Shown in pieces: positions 16,308-24,510 of a stretch of 64,000 bases of DNA; position 1 is the first letter of the stretch, and every line of letters starts with the position of its first letter. Under the pieces are notes generated by a model that was given only the letters and a program-made list of their open reading frames with translations, did no database searches and had not been told where the DNA came from. The DNA comes from Gemmatimonadota bacterium (lineage in GTDB: Bacteria; Gemmatimonadota; Gemmatimonadetes; Palauibacterales; Palauibacteraceae). A program made the translations under genes and the position numbers. The stretch lies in the NCBI GenBank assembly GCA_965207805.1, contig OZ242312.1:1068748-1132747 (forward strand), given 5' to 3'.

Positions 16308-17437
16308 CGCGGCTCCACCTTCCAGAAGGCGATGCCGCCCGCCTGCTTGCCCACGTCCACGCTCGCCGCCCGGACCCCGTCCCGGAGGTCGATCACGTCC
16401 ACCGTTCCGGGCTCGCCGCCCACGCCCTCCACGCTCACGAAGGCGTACCGCGAGTCCGGAGAGATTGCGATCCCGTGCGGCAGCGTCCGCGTGTTCGGAA
16501 CCCGGGCCACCTCCGTGCCGCCGGCCAGATCCCAGACGCCGGTCGCCTGCCCGCCCTTGTACGTCACGACGAGGTAGGCGCCGTCCGGAGACACATCGAG
16601 ATTGTACGGACCTTCGCCCGTCTCGAACCGCCGCGTCACCCGCCACGACTGCACATCGATCTCCAGCACCTCCGCGTTCCGGTTGCACGCGACGTACACA
16701 TGGCGTCCGTCCACGGCCGGGTGCGCCCACGTCGGGCTGCACGCGGCCGCTCCCACGGGCTGTGTCGGGAGCCAGTCGTACGGCCAGGCCTGCTCCGAGC
16801 CCGGGGAGAGGAGAAAGCGCTGCGTGACCTCGAGCCGGTGCGCGTCGACCTCCACGAGCATCTCATCCATCATGCACACCGAGTAGTGCAGCGCCCCGTC
16901 CGCCGTGAGTCGCGAGCCGTGCGGCATCGTGCAGGTCGGGATCTGCGCGACCTCGATCATCGCGCCGACGTCCACGACGGACACCGAACTCGGCTCGTGT
17001 TCGCCGTGCAGGTTGAAGTTCGCCGCGAAGAGCAGGCCCGCCGGCGTCACCTGCATGGTGGCGGGGAAGAGCCCCAGTTCGGCGCTCCCCAGCGGACGGT
17101 TCGTCTCCGTGGAATAGGCGACGACCGTGCCGAAGGGATTCCCGTGCGCGAGCGTCACGTACCACCGTTCCCCGCTCGGATCGACCGCCAGGCCGTGCGG
17201 CCCGTCGATTTCCGTCGGGAAGCGGCCCACGAAGACGGAATCCAGCACCGACGCACCGGTGCCATCGAACCGGACGAGATCGACGCGATCCTCCGATTCC
17301 GCCGCCACGTAGACGTAATACGACGACTGGCCGTCGGGGCTGTTTTCCTGGGCGGCCGCGGGCGGAACCGCCGCGACCGTCATTCCCAGCGCCCACAAGG
17401 CCATCGCCATGCGGGGTGTTGTAGACTCGGCTGGCAT
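16304..17437 (-). CDS. YVTN-family beta-propeller repeat protein, secreted
   Basis: Signal peptide (MAMALWALGMTVAAVPPAAAQ). Multiple ~40-aa repeats with the PHG(L/I)A(V/I)(D/S)PDG...YV(T/A) pattern. Confidence 0.7.
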   Translation of the reverse strand: MPAESTTPRMAMALWALGMTVAAVPPAAAQENSPDGQSSYYVYVAAESEDRVDLVRFDGTGASVLDSVFVGRFPTEIDGPHGLAVDPSGERWYVTLAHGNPFGTVVAYSTETNRPLGSAELGLFPATMQVTPAGLLFAANFNLHGEHEPSSVSVVDVGAMIEVAQIPTCTMPHGSRLTADGALHYSVCMMDEMLVEVDAHRLEVTQRFLLSPGSEQAWPYDWLPTQPVGAAACSPTWAHPAVDGRHVYVACNRNAEVLEIDVQSWRVTRRFETGEGPYNLDVSPDGAYLVVTYKGGQATGVWDLAGGTEVARVPNTRTLPHGIAISPDSRYAFVSVEGVGGEPGTVDVIDLRDGVRAASVDVGKQAGGIAFWKVEPR

Positions 17438-17565
17438 ACGATTTACGCGCGTTCGCGACTCCTTCTCCGAGAAGACTCCGGGCCCGGCAAACGGCTCCGC
17501 CGGACACTCCACCACCTACCCTTAGAGTAGACAATTCCTCAAGGGGTTGCCAATCGGTTAGGTTG

Positions 17566-17952
17566 TCGTCGGCGGAGGGAGAAGAGGTCGCGGACGGGTG
17601 CTCCGCACGCCGTTCGAGGAAAGTCCGGGCTCCGCAGGGCACGGCGCCGGGTAACGCCCGGGCGTCGCAAGGCGACGGAAAGTGCCACAGAGAGCAGACC
17701 GCCGATGGCGGCTTAGGCCGCACAGGCAAGGGTGAAAGGGTGGGGTAAGGGCCCACCGCGTTTCCTGGTAACAGGAGACGGCACGGCAAACCCCGCCGGG
17801 AGCAAGGCCAAGCAGGAACGAGCGGCGGCCCGTCGCGTTCGAGTTCCGGGTAGGCCGCACGAGGCCTCGGGAAACCGCAGGCCCCAGATAGATGACCTCG
17901 CCGCGGGCCTGGCCCGCCGGTAACAGAACCCGGCTTATCTCCCTCCGCCTCA
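17566..17952 (+). ncRNA. rnpB: RNase P RNA (rnpB), bacterial type A
   Basis: Universally conserved GAGGAAAGTCCGGGCTCC...AGGGCA; ...ACAGAACCCGGCTTA near the 3' end. 5' GGCGGAGGGAG pairs with 3' CTCCCTCCGCC (P1). Ends are approximate (+/-10 nt). Confidence 0.85.
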
Positions 17953-17974
17953 CTTCAATGAAAGGGAAGGGTCC

Positions 17975-19264
17975 TTGGCTTCAACGTCCTCCGCCGCGAT
18001 GAGGTTCGACATTCGCGAGCACGTGCTCGACAACGGGTTGAGAGTCGTCCTGCAGCCGGATGCGTCGGCTCCCCTCGTCGCCGTTCACGTCATGTACCAC
18101 GTGGGATCGAAGAACGAGCGCGCCGGCCGCACCGGCTTCGCGCACCTCTTCGAGCATCTCCTCTTCCAGGGCTCCGAGCACGTACCGCGCGAGCACCACT
18201 TCAAGCTCGTCCAGGATGCCGGCGGCACGCTCAACGGGACGACGTGGTTCGACCGCACGAACTACTTCGAGACGCTGCCCGCGAACGAACTGGATCTCGG
18301 CCTGTGGCTGGAGTCCGACCGCATGGGGTTCTTCAAGCCGGGGATTACACAGGAGAAGCTCGACAACCAGCGCGAGGTCGTGAAGAACGAGCGGCGGCAG
18401 TCGTACGAGAACCGCCCCTACGGCCTTGCGTTCGAGGCCCTGCTCGAGCGCGCCTATGACGAGGGACACCCCTACCGTCATCCGACCATCGGCTACATGC
18501 CCGACATCGACGCGGCCCGGCTCGAGGACGTACACGAGTTCTTCGACCTCCACTACGGACCCAACAACGCGACCCTCGTCCTGGTCGGCGATTTCGACCC
18601 GGCTGCGGCGCTGGCGCGCGTCGAGGCCTGGTTCGGGGAGATTCCTCCGCGACCCGTGGCGCCGCGCCCGGACGTACCCCTCCCGGTGCGCGGCGGCGAG
18701 CGGCGCACCCTCCTTCGAGACCGCGTCCAGATGCCCCGCGTGTACCTCATGTATCATTCGCCGCGCTACGCGGACCCCGATTTCGAGGCCGTCGTCATCC
18801 TCAACTACCTGCTCGCCGACGGGAACAGTTCCCGCTTCGAGAAGACGCTCGTGTATGAAAAGCGGATGGCGGCGGACGTGACCTCCTTCACCTGGCCGAC
18901 CGAGAGTGCCGGGATGTGCTTCGTCGTCGCGACCGCCCGCCCCGGCGTCGCCGCCGCCGACCTCGAGACCGAGGTGAGGGACGTCCTCGATGACCTGCTT
19001 CGCGGCGGCGTCGAGGAGGAAGAGTTGGAGGGGGCGCGCAACCGGGCGCGGCGCGGGCTCCTGAACGGACGCGCCGGCTTCGGCGACCGCGCGGACGCGA
19101 TCGCGCACGCCGCCGTGTTGCGGGGCGACGCCGGCTACGTGAACGACGCCTTCACGCGCTACGGAGCCGTCGGCCGCCCGGACGTGGAGCGCGTGGCCCG
19201 CGCCGTGCTCGACCCGGGCGGGCTCACGGTCCTCCACGTCGTTCCCGAGGAGGAGACGTCTTGA
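17975..19264 (+). CDS. M16-family zinc peptidase (pitrilysin/insulinase-like), active subunit
   Basis: Inverted zinc motif HxxEH (GFAHLFEHLLFQGSE) plus downstream Glu. TTG start as listed; ATG alternative at 17999. Confidence 0.85.
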   Translation: MASTSSAAMRFDIREHVLDNGLRVVLQPDASAPLVAVHVMYHVGSKNERAGRTGFAHLFEHLLFQGSEHVPREHHFKLVQDAGGTLNGTTWFDRTNYFETLPANELDLGLWLESDRMGFFKPGITQEKLDNQREVVKNERRQSYENRPYGLAFEALLERAYDEGHPYRHPTIGYMPDIDAARLEDVHEFFDLHYGPNNATLVLVGDFDPAAALARVEAWFGEIPPRPVAPRPDVPLPVRGGERRTLLRDRVQMPRVYLMYHSPRYADPDFEAVVILNYLLADGNSSRFEKTLVYEKRMAADVTSFTWPTESAGMCFVVATARPGVAAADLETEVRDVLDDLLRGGVEEEELEGARNRARRGLLNGRAGFGDRADAIAHAAVLRGDAGYVNDAFTRYGAVGRPDVERVARAVLDPGGLTVLHVVPEEETS

Positions 19265-20607
19265 CCCCCGACCGCGCGGTGCGCCCGGCACCGGCGGCCC
19301 CGCGCGCGCTCGCGCTCCCGCGCTTCGAGCGGCACACGCTCGACAACGGCCTCCGGGTCGAATACGCCGAACGACGCGGTCTGCCCGAGGTGTCGCTCCA
19401 CCTCGTCCTCGAATGCGGCGCGGGCGCCGAACCGCCGCATCTCGGTGGTCTCAGCGAGCTGACCGCCCGGCTCCTCACCGCCGGCACTCCGGGGCGGGAC
19501 GCCATCGAGATGGCACGCTGGCTCGACCGCCTCGGCGTCGGCTACCGCGCCACGGTGGGCTACGCCGTCGGGGCCGTCTCCATGCACTTCCTGTCGGAGG
19601 TGTTCGAGGAAGCGCTCGATTTCCTCGCCGCGACCATCCTCGATTCCGACTTCCCCGAGCACGAAGTCGAACGCATCCGCGGAGAGCGCATCGACGAAAT
19701 CGAACGCCAGGCGGACGATCCGGCGACCGTCGCGGGGCTCGCCACCATCGCCGAACTCTACGGCGACCGCCTGTACGGTCGGCCGGTCGCCGGCACCGCC
19801 GCCACCGTGTCGGAGATCGGCCCCGAAGCGGTACGGGAGTTCCACGACGCGCGCCATCGCCCCGGCGGCGCACTCCTCATCGCGTGCGGCGACCTCGACC
19901 GCGACCGTCTCATGTCCGCCACGGAGGCGCGTTTCGGCGCCTGGAGCGGCGAGGCCGCCCCGGTCCCGCCCCCGGAAACGCCGGAGCCGCGGGGGGGCGA
20001 TGTCATCCTCATCGACCGTCCCGGCAGCGCCCAGAGCGAGATCCGCGTCGCGACGGTGGGCGTGCCCTATAACACCGAGGACCATCACGCGATCATCGTG
20101 GCCAACGCGATCCTCGGCGGTCTCTTCAACTCCCGGATCAACCTCAATCTGCGCGAGGAGAAGGGGTGGACCTACGGGGCGAGATCGAGTTTCCGGTTCC
20201 GCCGGGGCGCGGGACCCTTCGTCGCGCGCACGGCCGTCGAGACCGGCCGGACCGGCCCCGCGTTCGAGGAGATCCTGCGCGAGATCGAGACCATGCGCGC
20301 GACGCCCGTCACCGACGATGAAATGAAACTGGCCCGCAACGCCCTCACGCTCTCGCTCCCGCTCCAGTTCGAGACCGCGGTGCAGATCTGCGGAAAGGTG
20401 AGCCGTCAGCGCGTATTCGGCCTCGCCGACGACTACTGGGAGACGTACCGCTCCCGCATCGAGGCCGTGACGCCGGACGAGGTGCGGGAGGTCTGCCGCA
20501 CGTACCTCGACCCCGACCGCCTCACGCTCCTCGCCGTGGGCGACGCGGCGACGGCCGCGCCCACGCTGGACGGCCTCGGGCCCGTGGACGTCCGGCCGGT
20601 CGCGTGA
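19261..20607 (+). CDS. M16-family peptidase, probable non-catalytic partner subunit
   Basis: M16 fold (LDNGLRVEY... with a downstream glycine-rich loop) but no HxxEH. Start overlaps the upstream stop (TTGA). Typical M16B pair. Confidence 0.8.
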   Translation: MTPDRAVRPAPAAPRALALPRFERHTLDNGLRVEYAERRGLPEVSLHLVLECGAGAEPPHLGGLSELTARLLTAGTPGRDAIEMARWLDRLGVGYRATVGYAVGAVSMHFLSEVFEEALDFLAATILDSDFPEHEVERIRGERIDEIERQADDPATVAGLATIAELYGDRLYGRPVAGTAATVSEIGPEAVREFHDARHRPGGALLIACGDLDRDRLMSATEARFGAWSGEAAPVPPPETPEPRGGDVILIDRPGSAQSEIRVATVGVPYNTEDHHAIIVANAILGGLFNSRINLNLREEKGWTYGARSSFRFRRGAGPFVARTAVETGRTGPAFEEILREIETMRATPVTDDEMKLARNALTLSLPLQFETAVQICGKVSRQRVFGLADDYWETYRSRIEAVTPDEVREVCRTYLDPDRLTLLAVGDAATAAPTLDGLGPVDVRPVA

Positions 20608-20614
20608 CGACGCC

Positions 20615-21250
20615 GTGACCGACGGCGCGCGCGAAGACGCCGGGCGCGGCGGCTCGACGGGCCGCGTGGACGGAGAGCGCGTCTACTCCGGCCGCAGGAT
20701 CCATGTCGACGTGGATCGCGTGCGGTTCCCGGACGGATCCATCGGGCGGCTCGAACTCATCCGCCACCCCGGCGCCGCCGCGGTCGTCGCGCTGGACCTG
20801 CCCGACCCTCCCGGCAAAGCCGCGGCCCCGCCCTCGCGCGAACCCGTCGTCACGCTCGTGCGTCAATACAGGTACGCCGCCGGCGGATTCATCTGGGAGG
20901 TGCCGGCCGGGAACCTGGAGCCCGGCGAGCCTCCCGAAGCGTGCGCGCTCCGCGAACTGGAAGAGGAGGCGGGCCTGCGGGCCGGACGTCTGGAGCGGCT
21001 GGCCTCCGTGCGCACGACGCCGGGTTTCACGGACGAGGTCATCCACCTCTTCGCGGCGTGGGATCTCGAGGCGGGGGAGACGCGTCACGAGGCGAGCGAG
21101 TTCATGGATGTGCATCGGCTGCCCCTGCGCCGTACCATCGAGATGATCGATGCGGGAGAGATCAGCGACGGCAAGACGATCTGCGCGCTGACCCTCGCGG
21201 CGCGCTGGGTGGCCCGACGGATGGATCGAATCGGCGGCACCGGGGTTTAA
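20615..21250 (+). CDS. NUDIX hydrolase (ADP-ribose pyrophosphatase-like)
   Basis: Nudix box GNLEPGEPPEACALRELEEEAGL (Gx5Ex7REUxEExGU). Confidence 0.8.
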   Translation: MTDGAREDAGRGGSTGRVDGERVYSGRRIHVDVDRVRFPDGSIGRLELIRHPGAAAVVALDLPDPPGKAAAPPSREPVVTLVRQYRYAAGGFIWEVPAGNLEPGEPPEACALRELEEEAGLRAGRLERLASVRTTPGFTDEVIHLFAAWDLEAGETRHEASEFMDVHRLPLRRTIEMIDAGEISDGKTICALTLAARWVARRMDRIGGTGV

Positions 21251-21291
21251 CGCGTCGAATCGCCTGCAATGGAAGCGGCAAAGGGAGCGGC

Positions 21292-21948
21292 ATGGACACG
21301 AAGCCGAACCTCGAAGTGACGAGTCAATACGCGACGCCCGGTGAGATGGAAAAGCTCGGGCGCGGGGAGTTGAAGCGTCTCGAGGATGCGGAACTCGTCA
21401 CTCATTACCTGGGCGGACAGCGCTTCGCGTTCAACGAAATCGCCGACCGCTATCAGGACCGCCTGCTGAATTTCATCTACCGGACCATCGGAGACCGGGA
21501 CCGTGCCGAGGATCTCGTGCAGGAGACCTTCGTGCGCGTCTACCGGCACCTCCATCGGTTCGATCCCTCGCGGAAGTTCTCGACCTGGATCTATACGATC
21601 GCCAGCAACCTGGCGAAGAACGAACTGCGGAACCGGGCGCGCAACCCGCTCGTGCTCTTCCATTCGCTCCGGAAGAGTTGGGAAGCCGACCACCGGCCGC
21701 TTGAATTCGAGGACACGGCCTACCGGCCCGACGATCTGTTCCGCAAGCGGCGCGTGCGCGAACAGGTCGAGGCCGCAGTCGCGGAACTTCCCGAGCATCA
21801 CCGTGTCGTATTCGTGCTGCGCGAACTGGAAGGGAAGAGCTACGAGGAGATTTCGGAGATCACGGGAGTGACGCTGGGCACCGTCAAGTCGCGCCTGAAT
21901 CGGGCGCGGAACCGCTTCGCCTGCATCATCGCCCCGATGCTCGATTGA
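21292..21948 (+). CDS. ECF (sigma-70 group 4) RNA polymerase sigma factor
   Basis: Region 2 (DLVQETFVRVYRHLHRFDPSRKFSTWIYTIASNLAKNELR) and region 4 (YEEISEITGVTLGTVKSRLNRAR). GC lower than surroundings. Confidence 0.85.
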   Translation: MDTKPNLEVTSQYATPGEMEKLGRGELKRLEDAELVTHYLGGQRFAFNEIADRYQDRLLNFIYRTIGDRDRAEDLVQETFVRVYRHLHRFDPSRKFSTWIYTIASNLAKNELRNRARNPLVLFHSLRKSWEADHRPLEFEDTAYRPDDLFRKRRVREQVEAAVAELPEHHRVVFVLRELEGKSYEEISEITGVTLGTVKSRLNRARNRFACIIAPMLD

Positions 21949-22004
21949 ACCCTGGCGCCCGCTGGAAGGAACCCTGGCACGCGATTCAGAGTAGATGAGC
22001 CCGA

Positions 22005-22604
22005 ATGGACGTTTTTCGTGATGGTGCAATGATGGTTTGCAAAGAGTTTATCGAGCGACACACCGAATACCATGACGGTGCGCTTGCCGCAGGCGAGCGC
22101 CGTCGTTTCGACGCGCATCTGAAGGAATGCCGGTCGTGTCGGCGTTATCAGCGGGTCCTGACTCGCGGGCTCGCTGCATGGCGGGCTCTCCCTCGCGTCA
22201 CCGCCTCTCCGGATTTCCTTCCCCGCCTGCAGCATCGCCTCTACCACGTCGACGAGTCTCCGAAGCGGTCCTGGCGCGGCCAGTTGGGCCGAGCCGCGGC
22301 CATCGCCGTGGCGTCGGCGGGACTCTTCACGCTCGGCGTGTCGAACGGAAGCCAGCCCCTGCTCGTCGAAGTGCAGCTTCCGCCGGTGATGGCGGACGTG
22401 CCCGCGGAAGCCGTGGCCGAGAGCCAGGGGAGCCGGTTCGCCGACGACCCGTATGTGCCCGACTGGTTCCTCGTCCCGTTCGCTCCCGCGCTCGATGACG
22501 GAGGCGGACTGTTCGGTCAGACGTACGCGGTGCCGATCGCGACGAGGGACTCCATTTCCCTGCCGGTCGAGCGACGCTCCGGCCAACTCGACGAGTCTCG
22601 CTGA
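22005..22604 (+). CDS. Anti-sigma factor, zf-HC2 type, single-pass membrane
   Basis: N-terminal H...HLKECRSCRRY zinc-finger motif, central hydrophobic TM segment (AAAIAVASAGLFTLGV); immediately downstream of the ECF sigma gene. Confidence 0.75.
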   Translation: MDVFRDGAMMVCKEFIERHTEYHDGALAAGERRRFDAHLKECRSCRRYQRVLTRGLAAWRALPRVTASPDFLPRLQHRLYHVDESPKRSWRGQLGRAAAIAVASAGLFTLGVSNGSQPLLVEVQLPPVMADVPAEAVAESQGSRFADDPYVPDWFLVPFAPALDDGGGLFGQTYAVPIATRDSISLPVERRSGQLDESR

Positions 22605-22644
22605 CCCACCGCCGCGGCCCGCGGCACGGGTCTCTCCCGGGGCC

Positions 22645-23655
22645 GTGAGCGCGCCCCTCGACCCGCGGCTCTCGCGAGTCCTGGGCCAAGGTCCCCCCAC
22701 CGGCGCGTGGTTCCTGCACGGAGACGCGATCCGCCTGCGGGACGAAGCCGCGCACCAACTCGTCGAGGCCGCCGTCGACCCGGCCACGCGCGACTTCAAC
22801 TACGACCAGTTCCACGCCGAGGACGTGACGGACGAGCAGCTCGCCGCCACCCTGGCCATGCCCCCGATGATGGCGGAACGCCGTGTCGTCTTCGTGCGCG
22901 ATGTGGAGCGGCTGGGGACGAAGGCCCGCGCGGTCCTGCAGCGGGCCGCGGCGGCGGCCCCCCCCGACCTCGCCCTCATCGTCACGGCGCGCATCCCCAA
23001 GGGGTCGCGCGCGGCATTCTACCGCGACCTGAGGAAGGTCTGCCGCACGCTGGAGTGGAATACGCCGCGGGCGGCGGAGATCCCCGGATGGATCCACGAC
23101 CGGGCGCGGAGCCGCTGGAAGCTCGACCTGTCGACGGCGGCGGCCCAGTGGATCGCCGGGGCCGTCGGGTCGGACCTCTCGACGCTGGACGCCGAGCTCG
23201 AAAAGCTCGCCTCGCTTCCCGCCGACCGCCGGACCGACGCGGACATCCGCGACATCGTTCCCCGGACGCATCGGATCGATCGCTGGAGCTGGCTCGATCT
23301 CGTGGCCTCGCGCGACTACGCGCGCGCCTTGCGCGAGTTGGAAAACGTGCTCACTTCGGAACGGGGGGTTGGGCTGGTTGCCGGACTCGTGGAACAGCAC
23401 CTTCTGCTTGGTCTGGCCCTCGAAGCGGGACCCGCCGGCTTGCGCGCCGCTCTTTCGGAAACCGGGCGCGGCTATCTCTCCTGGAAGGCGAACGCCTACG
23501 CGAAGCAGGCGAGGGGATGGACCGTACACGAACTCGATCATGCGCTGCGGGTGCTCCACCGCGCCGACCGGCACCTCAAATCGGGGCGCGGAGACCAGGC
23601 GGCGCTCGCCGAGATGCTCCTGGAACTGGGGCAGGCGAAACACGCCGGGAGATGA
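22645..23655 (+). CDS. holA: DNA polymerase III delta subunit
   Basis: GTG start. ~336 aa. Typical HolA organisation (WFLHGDAIRLRDEA...; C-terminal helical domain); position near mutS. Confidence 0.75.
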   Translation: MSAPLDPRLSRVLGQGPPTGAWFLHGDAIRLRDEAAHQLVEAAVDPATRDFNYDQFHAEDVTDEQLAATLAMPPMMAERRVVFVRDVERLGTKARAVLQRAAAAAPPDLALIVTARIPKGSRAAFYRDLRKVCRTLEWNTPRAAEIPGWIHDRARSRWKLDLSTAAAQWIAGAVGSDLSTLDAELEKLASLPADRRTDADIRDIVPRTHRIDRWSWLDLVASRDYARALRELENVLTSERGVGLVAGLVEQHLLLGLALEAGPAGLRAALSETGRGYLSWKANAYAKQARGWTVHELDHALRVLHRADRHLKSGRGDQAALAEMLLELGQAKHAGR

Positions 23656-23714
23656 CCCCGCGCCGCCGAAGCCGCGGGAGGCGCCTCCCGGGCCGTAGAA
23701 GCTGCCGCGCATGG

Positions 23715-24503
23715 ATGCTGGCGCTTCTCGCCGGCGCGCCGTGCTGGGGACTTTCCGTTCCCTCCGCCGCGCAAGCCGCGCAAGCCGGCGCTTCCGTGGA
23801 TCTCGACGTTCTCGAGGCGCGGATCGAGGCCGGGAGGTTCGAGGGCGCCGCAGAGGCGATCGAGAACTGGTTCGCCGCGGAGGCGCGGGACGCGGCTCGC
23901 GCCGACGTGCTGCGTGCGCGGTATCTACGGGCGCGCCTCCTCGCCGACCCCGACTCCGCGCGCGCGGAACTCCTCTCGGTCGCCATGGACGGTAGCTCGC
24001 GCCATGGATCCCGGGCATGGCTGCGGCTCGCGCAACTGGACCTGGCGCTCGACGAGCCCTCCCGCGCGGCGGCCGATCTCGAGCGCCTGCGGGCGGACCA
24101 TCCGCGGAGCGCGGAGGCCATCGAGTCCTGGTACTGGACGGCGCGGACGTTCGAGGACCGGGGCCTGATCGATCGGGCGTGCGAGGCGTGGCAGCGGGCC
24201 GCCGCGGAGGGCCGGCGCGTCGGCGCCACGGAGACCGAGCGTCTCGCGGAGGTCGCATCGCTCGGCTGCGCGCCGGGCGCCCCTCGCTTCGCGATACAGG
24301 TCGGGGCGTTCTCGCGCCGGGATCCGGCGGAGGAGATGCGCGGACAGTTGGAAGCCGCCGGCTTCTTCTCCCGCGTCGTCGAGTACGACGGCCTTCACCG
24401 CGTTCGACTGGGCCGCTTCGCCCGCCGGGAGGCGGCGGAGAGCCTCGCGCGCCGACTCCGCGACGCGGGCTTCGAGCCGGCCGTCATCCCCGTCGTCTCG
24501 TGA
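23715..24503 (+). CDS. SPOR-domain protein with TPR-like N-terminal region (cell-division / peptidoglycan-binding)
   Basis: Signal peptide MLALLAGAPCWGLSVPSAAQA. C-terminal SPOR-like segment (FAIQVGAFSRRDPAEEMRGQLEAAGFFSRVVEYDGLHRVRLGRFARREAAESLARRLRDAGFEP). Confidence 0.7.
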   Translation: MLALLAGAPCWGLSVPSAAQAAQAGASVDLDVLEARIEAGRFEGAAEAIENWFAAEARDAARADVLRARYLRARLLADPDSARAELLSVAMDGSSRHGSRAWLRLAQLDLALDEPSRAAADLERLRADHPRSAEAIESWYWTARTFEDRGLIDRACEAWQRAAAEGRRVGATETERLAEVASLGCAPGAPRFAIQVGAFSRRDPAEEMRGQLEAAGFFSRVVEYDGLHRVRLGRFARREAAESLARRLRDAGFEPAVIPVVS

Positions 24504-24510
24504 GACGCTG

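Noticed and set aside
17558-17953. ORFs 17558-17953(-), 17563-17748(+), 17732-17923(+)
   Set aside because: They overlap the RNase P RNA gene (conserved GAGGAAAGTCCGGGCTCC…ACAGAACCCGGCTTA). They are stop-free stretches in a structured ncRNA, not proteins.
22453-22644. holA start at 22453 (400-aa version) overlapping the anti-sigma gene
   Set aside because: The first ~64 residues are Ser/Arg-rich low-complexity and overlap the anti-sigma C-terminus. GTG 22645 gives a ~336-aa delta subunit of typical length directly after the upstream stop.
22707-23714. 598-aa ORF 22707-24503 as a single protein
   Set aside because: Its N-terminal 336 codons are an alternative frame of holA (Arg/Pro-rich). 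The SPOR-domain protein with a proper signal peptide starts at ATG 23715.
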